From: Eledone cirrhosa
Lineage: Eukaryota
Assembly: GCA_964016885.1 (NCBI GenBank)
Contig: OZ024743.1
Span: 242,482,001-242,546,000, forward strand
Length of the DNA stretch: 64,000 nucleotides
Direction of reading: 5' to 3'
The notes beneath the pieces are model-generated. The model searched no databases, was not told where the DNA came from, and saw nothing but the letters and a program-made list of their open reading frames with translations. The translations under genes and the position numbers were made by a program. Within the stretch, counting starts at the first letter, position 1. Every line of letters starts with the position of its first letter. Below are positions 63,801-64,000 of the stretch, one piece after another.

Positions 63801-64000
63801 CTAACGTAGCTACTACCATCACCACCACCACCTCTAACGTAACTACTACCATCACAACTAACTCTAACACTACTAGCAACACCACCACCTCTAACATCAC
63901 TACTAACACAACCACCTCTAAAGTTACTACTAACATCATGACCAACACCACCTCTAACGTCACTACCACCACCACATCTAACGTCACTACTACCACCAAA
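60890..64000. repeat. Recent ~1.5-kb tandem duplication (~60890-62490 vs ~62490-64000)
   Basis: Near-identical copies: GCATTACC 60911/62509; TCTACCTCAACATCTAACTAAAT 61278/62761; TCAATAGTAAC 61821/63331; poly-C C11 at 62076 vs C9 at 63586. The window end matches ~62452-62492. Confidence 0.93.

Larger units (their letters stand above)
17986..64000. repeat. Large degenerate minisatellite-like array: TCTAACGTC core plus variable ACT/ACC/ATC triplet spacers (units mostly ~21-36 bp); continues past the window end
   Basis: The motif ACCACCTCTAACGTCACTACTACC and single-base variants recur throughout 46 kb on the same strand. Unit lengths vary mostly by multiples of 3, with occasional 1-2 bp indels. 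Confidence 0.97.

Noticed and set aside
17980-63999. Val-rich (VVVTLEVV), Gly/Ser-rich (GGSSDVRG) and Pro/Leu-rich (PPLTSLL) ORFs, some over 400 aa
   Set aside because: Four of six frames of the repeat lack stops by composition. The ORFs switch between these registers internally and many start at GTG/TTG or at mutation-generated ATGs. Not called as CDS.
17986-64000. Telomeric repeat array (minus-strand TTAGAGG resembles TTAGG/TTAGGG)
   Set aside because: There are no tandem canonical telomere units, and the motif is always embedded in GGT/AGT triplets.

Overview
This window is almost entirely eukaryotic-type repetitive DNA, and I find no credible protein-coding gene, RNA gene, CRISPR array or intact mobile element. 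It has three parts. (1) 1-16691 is a highly homogeneous 48/46-bp satellite (consensus ATGATATACACTAACATATACATGATACACTCGCAACACATACACACA). It shows a clear ~3452-bp higher-order repeat (3 copies) and a ~0.93-kb block repeated 15,211 bp away. (2) 16692-17985 is a junction containing CA-rich DNA, a 6-copy minisatellite with a conserved CTCTCAGCGAAAA core, simple repeats and ~230 bp of unique AT-rich sequence. (3) 17986-64000 is a >46-kb degenerate array in which a 9-bp core (TCTAACGTC) is separated by variable runs of ACT/ACC/ATC triplets. This array carries kb-scale internal duplications, a CpG-decay signature and one 21-bp micro-inversion. One + frame of the array reads like a Thr-rich, N-x-T-sequon-dense mucin, but it is frameshifted every few hundred bp. 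The supplied ORFs are best explained as by-products of repeat composition. All counts and offsets were made by eye from diagnostic variants. The host organism cannot be determined from the sequence. I cannot support a new biological system; the most interesting signals concern repeat architecture.
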